A DNA stretch of 63,335 nucleotides, filler included. It is 6 parts of 6 records of this genome, joined end to end, with 100 filler letters (N's around TTAATTAATTAA, not from the genome) between each part and the next. Parts side by side here need not be neighbours in the genome. Positions count along the whole stretch, not along the records: positions 18,777 to 32,067 come from DRR378314_2145; positions 32,168 to 42,021 come from DRR378314_2147; 4 more parts are not named here. One strand, written 5' to 3'. Within the stretch, counting starts at the first letter, position 1, and every line of letters begins with the position of its first letter. A model generated the notes under the pieces. That model was not told the DNA's origin and did no database searches. It worked only from the letters and a program-made list of their open reading frames with translations. Positions 26,121 to 36,059 of this stretch are shown one piece after another. The translations under genes and the position numbers were made by a program.

Positions 26121-26345
26121 GATGAATAAGATTAATTAGTGATTATTGATTACCCTAACAGACTCTAATCCGTTAAATTTGTTTCACTTTTTGCTCATAA
26201 ATAACAAAATTTTAACAAAAGTTTCTCTTTTGGCCAGTCACCTAAAAAAATCCATGGAGGAATTTAAAATTTTCAAAAAAGCTGTCCCAAATTCTAGCAA
26301 TCCATATACAATAGTTTTATTTTTGACACTAACAACATACATAAT

Positions 26346-27863
26346 ATGAACAAGAAAGTAATTTTGATGATCTTGGATGGATGGGGCAAATCCCCAGACC
26401 CAAAGGTCTCCGCCATAGAAAATGCCAACACGCCCTTTATTGACTCGCTTTACACCAAATACGCCAATTCCAACTTATTGACCGATGGAATGAATGTAGG
26501 TTTACCGGAAGGACAGATGGGCAATAGTGAGGTAGGCCACATGAACCTTGGGGCTGGCCGAATTGTATACCAAGATTTGGCAAAAATAAACCTGGCTATT
26601 GATCAGGATACCTTAAAAGATGAGCAAGTGCTAAAAGATGCGCTGCTATATGCAAAAAACAATAACAAACCGGTACATTTTTTGGGATTGTTAAGTGACG
26701 GGGGCGTACATAGCCACACCTCGCACCTAAGAGGACTTATTGATGCCAGTGAAAGCTACGGCCTTAAAAACACCTATATCCATGCTTTTACCGATGGTAG
26801 GGACGTAGACCCTAAAAGTGGAATAGGATATGTAGAAGCTTTAAATAAGTATTGCGCGGATAAGAACGCAAAGCTGGCCAGTGTTATTGGCCGTTATTAT
26901 GCCATGGACAGGGATAAAAGATGGGAACGGGTAAAATTGGCCTATGACCTATTGGTGAATGGTGAGGGCCAAAAAACAAACAATGTTGAAGAAGCCATAT
27001 TGGCCAGTTATGAATCCGGTATTACGGATGAATTCCTAAAACCTGTATTGGTCACTGACGATCAAGGGTCGCCTTTATCCATTATTAAAAATGGTGATGT
27101 AGTTATCTTTTTCAATTTTAGGACAGACCGCGGCAGGGAACTTACCCAAGTGCTAAGTCAAGAAGACATGCACGAACTCAACATGCACAAATTGGACCTC
27201 TATTATGTAACCATGACCAACTACGATGATTCCTATAAAGGAGTGAAGGTAGTTTATGACAAGGATAATATTAGCGAGACCTTGGGAGAAACCTTGGCCA
27301 AAGCACACAAAAAACAGATAAGGATTGCGGAGACCGAAAAATATCCACATGTTACTTTCTTCTTTAACGGTGGCAGGGAAATTCCTTTTGAGGGGGAAGA
27401 GCGAATTCTATGTCCGTCACCCAAGGTAGCTACCTATGATTTAAAGCCGGAGATGAGCGCCTACGAGATTAGGGATGCCATAATTCCCGAATTAAAAAAA
27501 GGAGAGGTAGATTTTGTCTGTCTCAATTTTGCCAACCCCGATATGGTAGGCCATACCGGAGATATGCAAGCTGCAATAAAGGCCTGTGAAACTGTTGATA
27601 GCTGTGCGGAGTCCGTTATAAACGCTGGTCTGGAAAATGGATATACTACTTTGGTCATTGCCGATCACGGAAATTGCGAGACCATGATTAATCCGGACGG
27701 TAGCCCAAATACGGCACATACTACAAATCCAGTCCCCTTGATATTGGTAGATAAGGAATTGAAAAGTATAAAAGATGGTGTTTTAGGTGATATTGCACCA
27801 ACCATTTTAAAGCTTATGGGTGTTCCGCAACCAGCCCTAATGACAAGAAAACCATTGGTCTAA
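26346..27863 (+). CDS. gpmI: 2,3-bisphosphoglycerate-independent phosphoglycerate mutase
   Basis: ILDGWG; GQMGNSEVGH; GRYYAMDRD; NFRTDR; AETEKYPHVTFF; ADHGN; TAnnTTTG promoter-like motif at 26318-26325. Confidence 0.97.
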   Translation: MNKKVILMILDGWGKSPDPKVSAIENANTPFIDSLYTKYANSNLLTDGMNVGLPEGQMGNSEVGHMNLGAGRIVYQDLAKINLAIDQDTLKDEQVLKDALLYAKNNNKPVHFLGLLSDGGVHSHTSHLRGLIDASESYGLKNTYIHAFTDGRDVDPKSGIGYVEALNKYCADKNAKLASVIGRYYAMDRDKRWERVKLAYDLLVNGEGQKTNNVEEAILASYESGITDEFLKPVLVTDDQGSPLSIIKNGDVVIFFNFRTDRGRELTQVLSQEDMHELNMHKLDLYYVTMTNYDDSYKGVKVVYDKDNISETLGETLAKAHKKQIRIAETEKYPHVTFFFNGGREIPFEGEERILCPSPKVATYDLKPEMSAYEIRDAIIPELKKGEVDFVCLNFANPDMVGHTGDMQAAIKACETVDSCAESVINAGLENGYTTLVIADHGNCETMINPDGSPNTAHTTNPVPLILVDKELKSIKDGVLGDIAPTILKLMGVPQPALMTRKPLV

Positions 27864-27938
27864 CTGTTTCACCTTCAATGAATTTGCAAATACCTGCAAG
27901 CGTGCAGTTTTAAAAGTATTGTTTTACCTTTGCATTCT

Positions 27939-28757
27939 ATGATTAAAATTAAGACTTTAGAAGAGATAGAATTAATGCGCGAAAGCGCGTTGATCGTGAG
28001 CAAGACCTTGGGAATGTTGGCCAGCGAAGTAAAGCCGGGGGTTACCACCTTACAGCTGGACGGCATGGCCGAAACATTTATAAGGGACCACGGGGCCGTT
28101 CCCGGATTCTTGGGATTGTACGATTTTCCCAATTCTTTGTGCATGAGCCCCAATGCCCAAGTGGTACATGGAATACCCAACAACACTCCTTTGGTTGAAG
28201 GCGATATTATCTCTATAGATTGTGGAGCCCTTAAAAACGGATTTTATGGGGATCATGCCTACACCTTTGAGGTAGGGGAGGTAGACGCAGAAACAAAAAA
28301 ACTGTTACAGGTCACCAAAGAATCCCTATATGTTGGGATTCGCGAATTCAAAATTGGAAACCGTGTAGGTGACGTTGGTTATGCCATTCAACAATATACC
28401 GAAAGCCGAGGTTATGGAGTAGTAAGGGAATTGGTCGGTCACGGATTGGGCAGGGAAATGCATGAGGACCCTGAAATGCCCAACTATGGCAAACGTGGAA
28501 GGGGAAAGAAATTTGTGGAAGGTATGGTAGTGGCCATAGAGCCCATGATTAATTTAGGAACCAGGAGAATAAAACAATTAAAGGATGGCTGGACCATTCT
28601 AACTGCAGATAATAAACCTAGCGCACATTTTGAGCATGATGTTGCCATCATAGATGGAAAGCCCGAAATATTGTCCACCTTTGCCTATATATACGAGGCT
28701 TTGGGGATAGAAAGTGACGAGGAAGCGGAGTTTCGCCAAAAAGCATTGGTACTGTAA
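27939..28757 (+). CDS. map: Type I methionine aminopeptidase
   Basis: VVHGIP; IDCG...GDHAYT; GHGLG...HEDP; AIEPM; SAHFEH. Confidence 0.96.
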   Translation: MIKIKTLEEIELMRESALIVSKTLGMLASEVKPGVTTLQLDGMAETFIRDHGAVPGFLGLYDFPNSLCMSPNAQVVHGIPNNTPLVEGDIISIDCGALKNGFYGDHAYTFEVGEVDAETKKLLQVTKESLYVGIREFKIGNRVGDVGYAIQQYTESRGYGVVRELVGHGLGREMHEDPEMPNYGKRGRGKKFVEGMVVAIEPMINLGTRRIKQLKDGWTILTADNKPSAHFEHDVAIIDGKPEILSTFAYIYEALGIESDEEAEFRQKALVL

Positions 28758-28927
28758 CGTTAAGGTGGTTTATTTAACTTGAACACTACTTTAAGATTTA
28801 ATTGCTTTTCCAACTTTCTAGACCAAAGTTTGCAACCGCACCATATACTTATAAAGCAATTAACAATTACGCGTTGAGAACTCTAGGTGAATTTCCTTTA
28901 TTCATATGGACAATCCAGTAAAGCACT

Positions 28928-29692
28928 TTGAAAAAATTATTTAAATACATCCTAAACACCATCCCCAGGCCAATTCTTATTAAACTAAGTTATTGGGTGC
29001 GCCCCCTTATGGCACTTAGCATGCGGGGCGATCGTTATACCGACCCCATAGATGGAAAAAAGTTCAAAAGCTTCCTCCCCTATGGCTACGAACATCCCAG
29101 GGAAAATGTGTTATCGCCCTCTACCCTATCCTTGGAGCGGCACCGATTATTGTGGCTGTATTTAAAAAATGAGACCAATTTTTTTACGGACAATCTTAAG
29201 GTCTTACATTTTGCTCCCGAACAGGCCTTTTACAAAAGATTTAGAAACCAGAAAAACCTAAACTACACTACAACCGATCTTAATTCGCCCCTGGCGGATG
29301 TAAAGGCAGATATATGCAACCTGCCCTTCACCGAAAATTCCTTCGACGTTATATTTTGCAACCATGTTCTGGAACATATTCCCGATGACACCAAAGCAAT
29401 GCAAGAATTGTACAGGGTACTAAAGCCCGGAGGATGGGGAGTTTTCCAAATTCCACAAGACCTTAACAGGGCCGACACCTACGAGGACAATAGTATTACG
29501 GACAAAAAGGAAAGGGCAAAAATATTTGGACAGTACGACCATGTTCGTATTTATGGACAGGATTATTTTGAGAAGCTTAGGGCTATGGGCTTTAAGGTTG
29601 AGGAAGTAGATTACACCAAAAAGTTATCCGATGCCGAAGTGGACATTTATCGTTTGGCAAAAGGAGAGATTATTCCCTTGGTATCCAAATAA
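28928..29692 (+). CDS. Class I SAM-dependent methyltransferase
   Basis: SLERHR; VLHFAPE; FDVIFCNHVLEH; RVLKPGG. Confidence 0.88.
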   Translation: MKKLFKYILNTIPRPILIKLSYWVRPLMALSMRGDRYTDPIDGKKFKSFLPYGYEHPRENVLSPSTLSLERHRLLWLYLKNETNFFTDNLKVLHFAPEQAFYKRFRNQKNLNYTTTDLNSPLADVKADICNLPFTENSFDVIFCNHVLEHIPDDTKAMQELYRVLKPGGWGVFQIPQDLNRADTYEDNSITDKKERAKIFGQYDHVRIYGQDYFEKLRAMGFKVEEVDYTKKLSDAEVDIYRLAKGEIIPLVSK

Positions 29693-30724
29693 CTACTCCA
29701 ATACATTCTCCTTAAATCCGTTCGTCATATATTCCAAAACATTCCCTTCCGGATCCAAATAGATTATATAGCCGTCCAATTCTTTATGTTGGGCCAGTAT
29801 AGTCTTCGTTTTCTCCAAATCCATGGCCATAAAAGCAGTGGCAAAAGCGTCTGCAGTGGCACAATTACTCGCCAATACACTTGCCGCCAAGATATTTGAA
29901 TTCCTGGTAAAACCAGTTTTGGGATCTATAGTATGGACATACTTTGCCCCGGTTTCCGGATCAATTTTAAACTTTCTATAATTCCCCGAAGATGCCATGG
30001 CAATGTCCTTCATATACAAGGTTCTCTTGTAAGTTCTGCTTTCCTCCATCATGGGATCATCAATGGCCACTACCCATCTTTTCTCCTTGATCCTATTTTC
30101 CCCCTGGGCCACCAGCTCCCCCCCTACTTCAATTAAAAAATCGGTAATCCCCTTATTCCTCAACAAAACAGCCAGTTGGTCTACTGCATATCCTTTGGCT
30201 ATGGCATTAAAATCGAAATATATGGCCGGATCCGACTTTATTATTCTATTATCTGCCTTAATGGCCACTTTATTAAACCCAACGTAATCCAAAAGACTAT
30301 CTACCTTAATACTATCCATTTCCAACTCTTTTCCCGGTCCAAAACCCCAGGCATTCACCAATACACCAACGGTAGGGTCAAAATAACCCTCCGTAGCTTC
30401 AAAAATCTTTCCAGAAAGTTCAAATACCTCCCTGAACATGTCGTCTACAACAATAGTAGAATCTCCTGCATTAATTCTTGAAATATCGGAAGTAGGTATA
30501 TAAGTGGACATAGATTGATTTAGCACTTGGAAAAGGGAATCGATTTCCGTTTCAAAACTCAATTCCGACGTAGCCAAATAAGTAATGTTATAGGAAGTTC
30601 CCAAGGCTGACCCAGAACTTATATTCTTCACCCATTTGGACTCACTGTTCCCACATCCTGCGAAAATCAGGATCAAACAAATCCCCACTAAACGCATGCC
30701 ACTATATTTTAATAAGTCCTTCAT
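29693..30724 (-). CDS. apbE: FAD:protein FMN transferase (lipoprotein)
   Basis: Lipobox FAGC; ALGT; FDPTVG; DFNAIAKGY; EVGGE; ASSGNY; HTIDP; ADAFATA; downstream of nqrF. Confidence 0.93.
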   Translation of the reverse strand: MKDLLKYSGMRLVGICLILIFAGCGNSESKWVKNISSGSALGTSYNITYLATSELSFETEIDSLFQVLNQSMSTYIPTSDISRINAGDSTIVVDDMFREVFELSGKIFEATEGYFDPTVGVLVNAWGFGPGKELEMDSIKVDSLLDYVGFNKVAIKADNRIIKSDPAIYFDFNAIAKGYAVDQLAVLLRNKGITDFLIEVGGELVAQGENRIKEKRWVVAIDDPMMEESRTYKRTLYMKDIAMASSGNYRKFKIDPETGAKYVHTIDPKTGFTRNSNILAASVLASNCATADAFATAFMAMDLEKTKTILAQHKELDGYIIYLDPEGNVLEYMTNGFKENVLE

Positions 30725-31064
30725 ATTCCAAAATATAAGCTTCATTAAGATAAACCGGCAGATTCCTATCCTCGGCATTGTACAGACCAACACCGGCATA
30801 ATAGGCCTCTCCGTTTTGGGTCAAGGCGTGATCCTTTATTTTCTGCATTAGGGACATGTCGTATTCCCTCGGATCCTGTGGATGCAGGACACTCCTAACC
30901 ACAATAAAAAATAATTTTTTATCCTTAAGACAGACAAATTGCGGATTTCTTTTGGGTTTGCTATTAACCCCCATAAACTCGAATCCGTCCGCTTCCAATT
31001 GTTTCCCAACAATATTCATGGCCAAATTGTGCAATTCCTGTTCTGTTAAGGGCGTACTCATCAT
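30702..31064 (-). CDS. Conserved small hypothetical protein between nqrF and apbE
   Basis: 120-aa ORF overlapping the apbE start, co-oriented, host-like composition. Confidence 0.75.
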   Translation of the reverse strand: MMSTPLTEQELHNLAMNIVGKQLEADGFEFMGVNSKPKRNPQFVCLKDKKLFFIVVRSVLHPQDPREYDMSLMQKIKDHALTQNGEAYYAGVGLYNAEDRNLPVYLNEAYILEYEGLIKI

Positions 31065-31130
31065 CTATACTTTTTATTCCTAAGCCGAAGAAAAATCTTG
31101 GCATTCTCATAACAATGTTCACATAAAAAA

Positions 31131-31163
31131 AGACCTGTCAGGTTTTGAAAACCTGACAGGTCT
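31131..31163. terminator. REP-like palindrome serving as nqrF terminator
   Basis: AGACCTGTCAGGTTTT-G-AAAACCTGACAGGTCT, followed by a T-run on the minus strand; degenerate related sequence at ~31170-31195. Confidence 0.75.
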
Positions 31164-31206
31164 ATAATTAGACCATCAAGGTCTTGAAAATTTTGAAGTC
31201 TATAAG

Positions 31207-32067
31207 TTAACCTCCAAAATCGTCAAATCTAATATGCTCATCAGGGATACCGAAATCCTCTCCCATTTTTTGAACCGCCTTGTTCATTAATGGTGGTCCA
31301 CAGAAATATAGTTCTATATCTTCGGGTGATTCGTGATGGTTCAAATAGTTTTCAATTACACAGTTGTGTATAAATCCTACGAAACCGTCACCTGGTGCGT
31401 CTATATTCTCCTTCACTTTCCAGTTATCCTCTGGTAAAGGCTCGGATAGTGCCAAATAGAATTTAAAGTTTGGAAATTCCTTTTCAAGTCTGTAAAAATG
31501 ATCCAAATAAAACAATTCGCGTTTAGACCTACCTCCATACCAATAGGTAACTTTTCTGTTCGTCTTTAAAGTGTTGAACAAGTGATATAAATGTGAACGC
31601 ATTGGAGCCATTCCGGCACCACCACCTACATACAACATTTCAGAATCAGATTCGTTGATAAAGAACTCACCGTAAGGTCCAGAAATGGTAACAGGATCTC
31701 CTTTTTTCAAATTGAAAATATAGGAAGATGCAATTCCAGGATTAACATCCATCCAACCATTTTTGGCCCTATCCCAGGGTGGAGTGGCTATACGAACGTT
31801 CAACATAATTTCCCTTCCTTCAGCAGGATAAGAAGCCATTGAGTAAGCTCTTTCCACAGTCTCAGGGTTCTTCATAACCAACGGCCATAGGTTGAACTTA
31901 TCCCATTCTGCCTGAAACTTATCAGGGGTTTCGTGCTCTTCAGGATGTGCAGTGATATCCATTTCAGAGAACTTCACCTCACATGGAGGAATTTCGATCT
32001 GAATATACCCACCGGCCTTATAACCCATATCTTCGGGAATTTCAACTACGAATTCCTTAATAAATGA
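31207..32067 (-). CDS. nqrF: Na+-translocating NADH:quinone reductase subunit F (5'-truncated)
   Basis: [49 protein letters not shown]. Confidence 0.97.
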   Translation of the reverse strand, partial: SFIKEFVVEIPEDMGYKAGGYIQIEIPPCEVKFSEMDITAHPEEHETPDKFQAEWDKFNLWPLVMKNPETVERAYSMASYPAEGREIMLNVRIATPPWDRAKNGWMDVNPGIASSYIFNLKKGDPVTISGPYGEFFINESDSEMLYVGGGAGMAPMRSHLYHLFNTLKTNRKVTYWYGGRSKRELFYLDHFYRLEKEFPNFKFYLALSEPLPEDNWKVKENIDAPGDGFVGFIHNCVIENYLNHHESPEDIELYFCGPPLMNKAVQKMGEDFGIPDEHIRFDDFGG

Positions 32068-32167
32068 NNNNNNNNNNNNNNNNNNNNNNNNNNNNNNNNN
32101 NNNNNNNNNNNTTAATTAATTAANNNNNNNNNNNNNNNNNNNNNNNNNNNNNNNNNNNNNNNNNNNN
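32068..32167. other. Artificial contig linker
   Basis: N44-TTAATTAATTAA-N44. Confidence 0.98.
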
Positions 32168-32197
32168 CAACCAGAACAACCAGAACAACCAGAACAA
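32168..32197. repeat. 9-bp tandem repeat (CAACCAGAA) x3+ at contig edge
   Basis: Visible directly, immediately upstream of the AAGGAG RBS. Confidence 0.8.
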
Positions 32198-32211
32198 AAA
32201 AGGAGCCCTCG

Positions 32212-33894
32212 ATGGCTGCAGACAGTCATAAGCAAACGTCCCTCCACTGCCTTTATTACTGGGCAAAGCAAACCCCCGACAACGTTTATCTGACGCAACC
32301 GTTCCCAGACGGCACCACCGAGGACATAACCTGGAAGCAGGCCGCCGATCAGGTGTCCCGCATGGCCGCGCACCTGACGTCAATGGAGCTGCCCTCGCGC
32401 AGCAATATCGCCATCCTGGGTAAAAACAGTGCCCACTGGATACTGTCGGACCTGGCGATCTGGGCGGCCGGCCATGTCTCTGTTCCGTTGTACCCCACGT
32501 TGAATGGCGACACCGCAGGCTATGTGCTGGAGCATAGCGAGGCGAAGCTGCTGTTCCTTGGAAAACTCGACGGCAAGGCTGATGGCTGGAATGATATAAA
32601 GGGCCATATCCCGGCGGAGTTGCCGATTATTTCCTTGCCGATGTCGCCCCGTGACGACACCCCGAAATGGCTGGACATTATTGCCGGTCAGGAACCGGAC
32701 GAGCCTAAGCTGCCGGATCCGGATGACCTGGCAACCATCGTGTATACGTCCGGCAGCACAGGGCGACCGAAGGGCGTCATGCACAGCTTCCGCACCATGA
32801 TTTCCGTGGCCGAGGGCCTACGGCAAATTGTTCCCGTCGGTCAGGACGAGCGCATGTTGTCGTACCTGCCACTCGCCCATGTTGCGGAGCGCGCGGCGGT
32901 GGAAACACAGTCGCTTTACTACGGATTTCACCTGTATTTCGCCAACTCTCTGGACACTTTCCAGGAAGACCTCCAGCGGGCCCGCCCGACACTGTTCTTC
33001 TCGGTTCCCAGGTTGTGGATGAAGTTCTATCTGGCCATCAACAGTAAGCTGCCGCCCAAGAAGCAGAAAGTACTGTTTAACATTCCGATCCTGAACAAGC
33101 TGGTGAAAAAGAAGGTACTGAAACAACTGGGCCTGGATCATTGCCGTGCCGCCCTGACGGGGGCTGCGCCACTCTCCGGTGAGATTATTGGCTGGTACCG
33201 CAATCTTGGGTTGGAACTGCTGGAAGTTTACGGCATGTCGGAGAACTTCGGTTATTCCCACGCCAATCGCCCGGGCCAGGCCAAAGTGGGTACCGTGGGG
33301 GTCACCAACCCGGGGGCAGAGCATCGCCTGGCCGAGAACGGTGAAGTGGAGGTCAAGAGCCCCGGTCAGATGCTGGGGTACTACAAGAACGAGGAGAAAA
33401 CCCGCGAGGATATTACCGACGATGGCTTCCTGAAAACCGGTGATATGGGCGAGATTGACAGCGACGGATACCTGCGTATTACCGGTCGCGTCAAGGATCT
33501 GTTCAAGACCTCGAAAGGTAAGTACGTGGTGCCGGTGCCGATCGAAAGCCGTTTTAATCATCCCAAGGCGGAGGTGGTGTGTGTGGCGGGTGCCAATCAG
33601 CCGCAGCCATGCCTGATGGTTTTGCTGTCCGACGAGGCTCGGCAAGAGCTGGAAGCCGGTGGCAGTCGTGATGAGCTTGAGCAGGAACTAGCCGCGGAAC
33701 TGGATGCCGTCAACAACGAGTGCGAGGCTCATGAAAAGCTGGCGTTCGTCGTGGTGGTGAAAGAACCCTGGACCATGGAAAACGGGATGCTCACGCCCAC
33801 CATGAAGATCAAACGCAATGTGATCGAAGACTTCTACAACCGTAAGATGGATGAGTGGTTCGGCAAGAAGCAAAAGGTCATCTGGGAGTTCTGA
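32212..33894 (+). CDS. Long-chain fatty acid-CoA ligase (AMP-binding)
   Basis: YTSGSTGRPKG; SYLPLAH; YGMSE; KTGDMG; RITGRVKD; LTPTMKIKR. Confidence 0.93.
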   Translation: MAADSHKQTSLHCLYYWAKQTPDNVYLTQPFPDGTTEDITWKQAADQVSRMAAHLTSMELPSRSNIAILGKNSAHWILSDLAIWAAGHVSVPLYPTLNGDTAGYVLEHSEAKLLFLGKLDGKADGWNDIKGHIPAELPIISLPMSPRDDTPKWLDIIAGQEPDEPKLPDPDDLATIVYTSGSTGRPKGVMHSFRTMISVAEGLRQIVPVGQDERMLSYLPLAHVAERAAVETQSLYYGFHLYFANSLDTFQEDLQRARPTLFFSVPRLWMKFYLAINSKLPPKKQKVLFNIPILNKLVKKKVLKQLGLDHCRAALTGAAPLSGEIIGWYRNLGLELLEVYGMSENFGYSHANRPGQAKVGTVGVTNPGAEHRLAENGEVEVKSPGQMLGYYKNEEKTREDITDDGFLKTGDMGEIDSDGYLRITGRVKDLFKTSKGKYVVPVPIESRFNHPKAEVVCVAGANQPQPCLMVLLSDEARQELEAGGSRDELEQELAAELDAVNNECEAHEKLAFVVVVKEPWTMENGMLTPTMKIKRNVIEDFYNRKMDEWFGKKQKVIWEF

Positions 33895-33909
33895 CCCCGG
33901 AAACGAAAA

Positions 33910-33943
33910 CACCGGTGGGCCTGGGTATCCAGGGCCACCGGTG
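33910..33943. terminator. Hairpin terminator between convergent genes
   Basis: CACCGGTGG-G-CCTGG-gtat-CCAGG-G-CCACCGGTG; U-rich tail on the minus strand. Confidence 0.75.
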
Positions 33944-33977
33944 CTGATGAAATCTGTCTTCCTTTACAGGGGCGGGC

Positions 33978-34175
33978 TTAGTGCTCGCCCTGCATCATCT
34001 GGGGCATCTCCGGCGACGCGGTTGCTGCCTTCCTTCTCCAGGAATTCATTTTCCGACTGATAACCTGTACGGCCTGTCTTGCAGCTGCACGGGTGTATTG
34101 GCGCCTGACCTCAGTACTGTTGTGGAGGATACTAGATGGCAGCGGGTGTACGGTTGCGATATGGTCTTGAGTCAT
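33978..34175 (-). CDS. Small hypothetical protein (65 aa) divergent from LysR
   Basis: Strong RBS (AGGAGG) upstream; terminator downstream. Confidence 0.65.
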   Translation of the reverse strand: MTQDHIATVHPLPSSILHNSTEVRRQYTRAAARQAVQVISRKMNSWRRKAATASPEMPQMMQGEH

Positions 34176-34304
34176 AGCGCCTTCCTCCTTATCTGGTGGA
34201 TTAAAAAAATATTGGTTAGCTGACTATGTACAGAAGTGTACGGCTTCTTATTTGCAGCTTAAATACGTTAAACTCCGTACTCATGTTGCAAATATGCAGT
34301 AGCT

Positions 34305-35198
34305 ATGGATTGGGATTATCTTCGATATATACACGCCCTGGCAATCGGGGGAACCCTTGCCAAAGCCGGTGAAATACTGGGCGTTCACCAGACCACGGTG
34401 CTTCGCCGCCTGGACCAGATGGAAGAGCAGATGGGCGTTCAGTTCTTTGAGCGCAACCGGGATGGTCTACAACTGACACCGGTGGGTGAAACCGCATTCC
34501 GAGAAGCCGAAAGGCTGGCCGCCGATATGGAGAATCTTGAACGACAATTGGTCGGACAGGATTCCGCTCCCGTCGGCAAGGTTCGGTTGGCGGCCACCGA
34601 CACGATGGTGAACGCCCTTATCAGTCCGATGATTGCAGAGCTCGTTCAGGAGTACCCGGACATTGAACTGGAAGTGCTCACTGATAACGATGTACTGAAC
34701 CTCAGCCACCGCGAAGCCGACCTGACCCTCCGGCCAGTGAACAAGCCCCAGGCCACCCTGGAAGGCGAGCGCATTGGTACGATTGAGTCGGCCATCTATG
34801 GCTCGCTCGATTACCAACAACGCAACCCTGAGCTGGACCTCGACAACACGCCCGATCAGGCGCTTTGGATTCTGCCCGATGAGAGCTTCAGTCACCTGGC
34901 AACAGGGCGGTGGTACCGCAAGCACCTGAAGAACGCGTCTTCCATCATCCGCTGCAACAGTCTCCAGGCCATGCACGCGCTTGCCCGGGCTGGCGCGGGG
35001 CTGGCGGCGTTGCCGTGCTATTTGGGCGACGGTACCAAGGAGCTAAAGCGCTTGTCTGAGCCGCTGGAAGGCGAGGGCGTAGACCTGTGGTTGATGGTCA
35101 ACCACGAGACGCAGCAAATGGCTCGGGTACGTATCGTCATGGAATTCCTGACCGCCAGGTTGGCGCAGCTGACACCACAAGTGGAAGGCGAGAGCTGA
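34305..35198 (+). CDS. LysR family transcriptional regulator
   Basis: MDWDYLR...GTLAKAGEILGVHQTTVLRRL HTH; LTPVG; substrate-binding domain; T-N11-A box TTGCAAATATGCA at 34286-34298. Confidence 0.93.
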   Translation: MDWDYLRYIHALAIGGTLAKAGEILGVHQTTVLRRLDQMEEQMGVQFFERNRDGLQLTPVGETAFREAERLAADMENLERQLVGQDSAPVGKVRLAATDTMVNALISPMIAELVQEYPDIELEVLTDNDVLNLSHREADLTLRPVNKPQATLEGERIGTIESAIYGSLDYQQRNPELDLDNTPDQALWILPDESFSHLATGRWYRKHLKNASSIIRCNSLQAMHALARAGAGLAALPCYLGDGTKELKRLSEPLEGEGVDLWLMVNHETQQMARVRIVMEFLTARLAQLTPQVEGES

Positions 35199-35216
35199 TT
35201 CTGACTCTCTGCTCCC

Positions 35217-35936
35217 TTACCAGTCGCCACAGAAGGGCCAGAACTGGTAGAAGCGCCAGCACTCAAATTCTGCTTCGCAGGTCTGTAGCTGCCGGTGGTA
35301 GCGAAAGGCTCTGGTCTCGACCCGTTTGGCCAGTGACATGACGTCTGGCTTGGCCAGGTAGTTCTGTCTCTGGTAGCCGGTCCTGCCCTCGTGATAGGCG
35401 AGGTAGAGCTTCTTTGGGCTGGTGAGTGGAACGCCCACTTCTTTCTGCGTCAGATGGTTGTACCAGCCAACGAAATCCAGCGCGTGTTTCATATTGGTCC
35501 TGACCACGGATAAACCGTCGCCATTTGCGGCCAGGTACTCGGCCCACGCCGGGTCCAGTGCCTGGGCATAGCCGTAAGCGGAGGTCGGCCGGCTCCAGGG
35601 GATGAATCCCAATAGGCGGGTGCGCGGTGGGCGGGCGTGGCTGCGGAATGACGATTCGTAGTAGACAAAGGCCATCTGGGTTGCAATCGGGGTGCCCCAG
35701 CGTTCCCGTGAACGACTGGCATAGTCGTACCACACGGGGTGTTCACGGAATATTTCGCAGACGTCCTCCGGGTTCGCCGGTGGGTCAGGTTCCAGCAGGC
35801 TGAAGCGCATGGTGGCGACAATAGCGATCATCAGTCCCAGCGTTGGCAAGCCATACCACCGCAGCCTGGACTTCCAGGTTTTAAACCGGATGCTTTTCAG
35901 TCGCTTGTTTTTTGGGCGATTACGGGGTTTCTTCAT
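35217..35936 (-). CDS. Transglycosylase SLT-like (lysozyme-fold) protein
   Basis: N-terminal TM segment; MAFVYYESSF; SAYGYAQA; LYLAYHEG. Confidence 0.8.
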   Translation of the reverse strand: MKKPRNRPKNKRLKSIRFKTWKSRLRWYGLPTLGLMIAIVATMRFSLLEPDPPANPEDVCEIFREHPVWYDYASRSRERWGTPIATQMAFVYYESSFRSHARPPRTRLLGFIPWSRPTSAYGYAQALDPAWAEYLAANGDGLSVVRTNMKHALDFVGWYNHLTQKEVGVPLTSPKKLYLAYHEGRTGYQRQNYLAKPDVMSLAKRVETRAFRYHRQLQTCEAEFECWRFYQFWPFCGDW

Positions 35937-36059
35937 GGGCGGGACCGGGCCCTTTTACTCCACACTACAAAATGGTCATCTGTTACTGGCTGGCTTTGCT
36001 TGCAGCTTTCGCCGGCTCCATGGCATAACAGGTTATCGTTACCAAAGGATACTAGGTTC

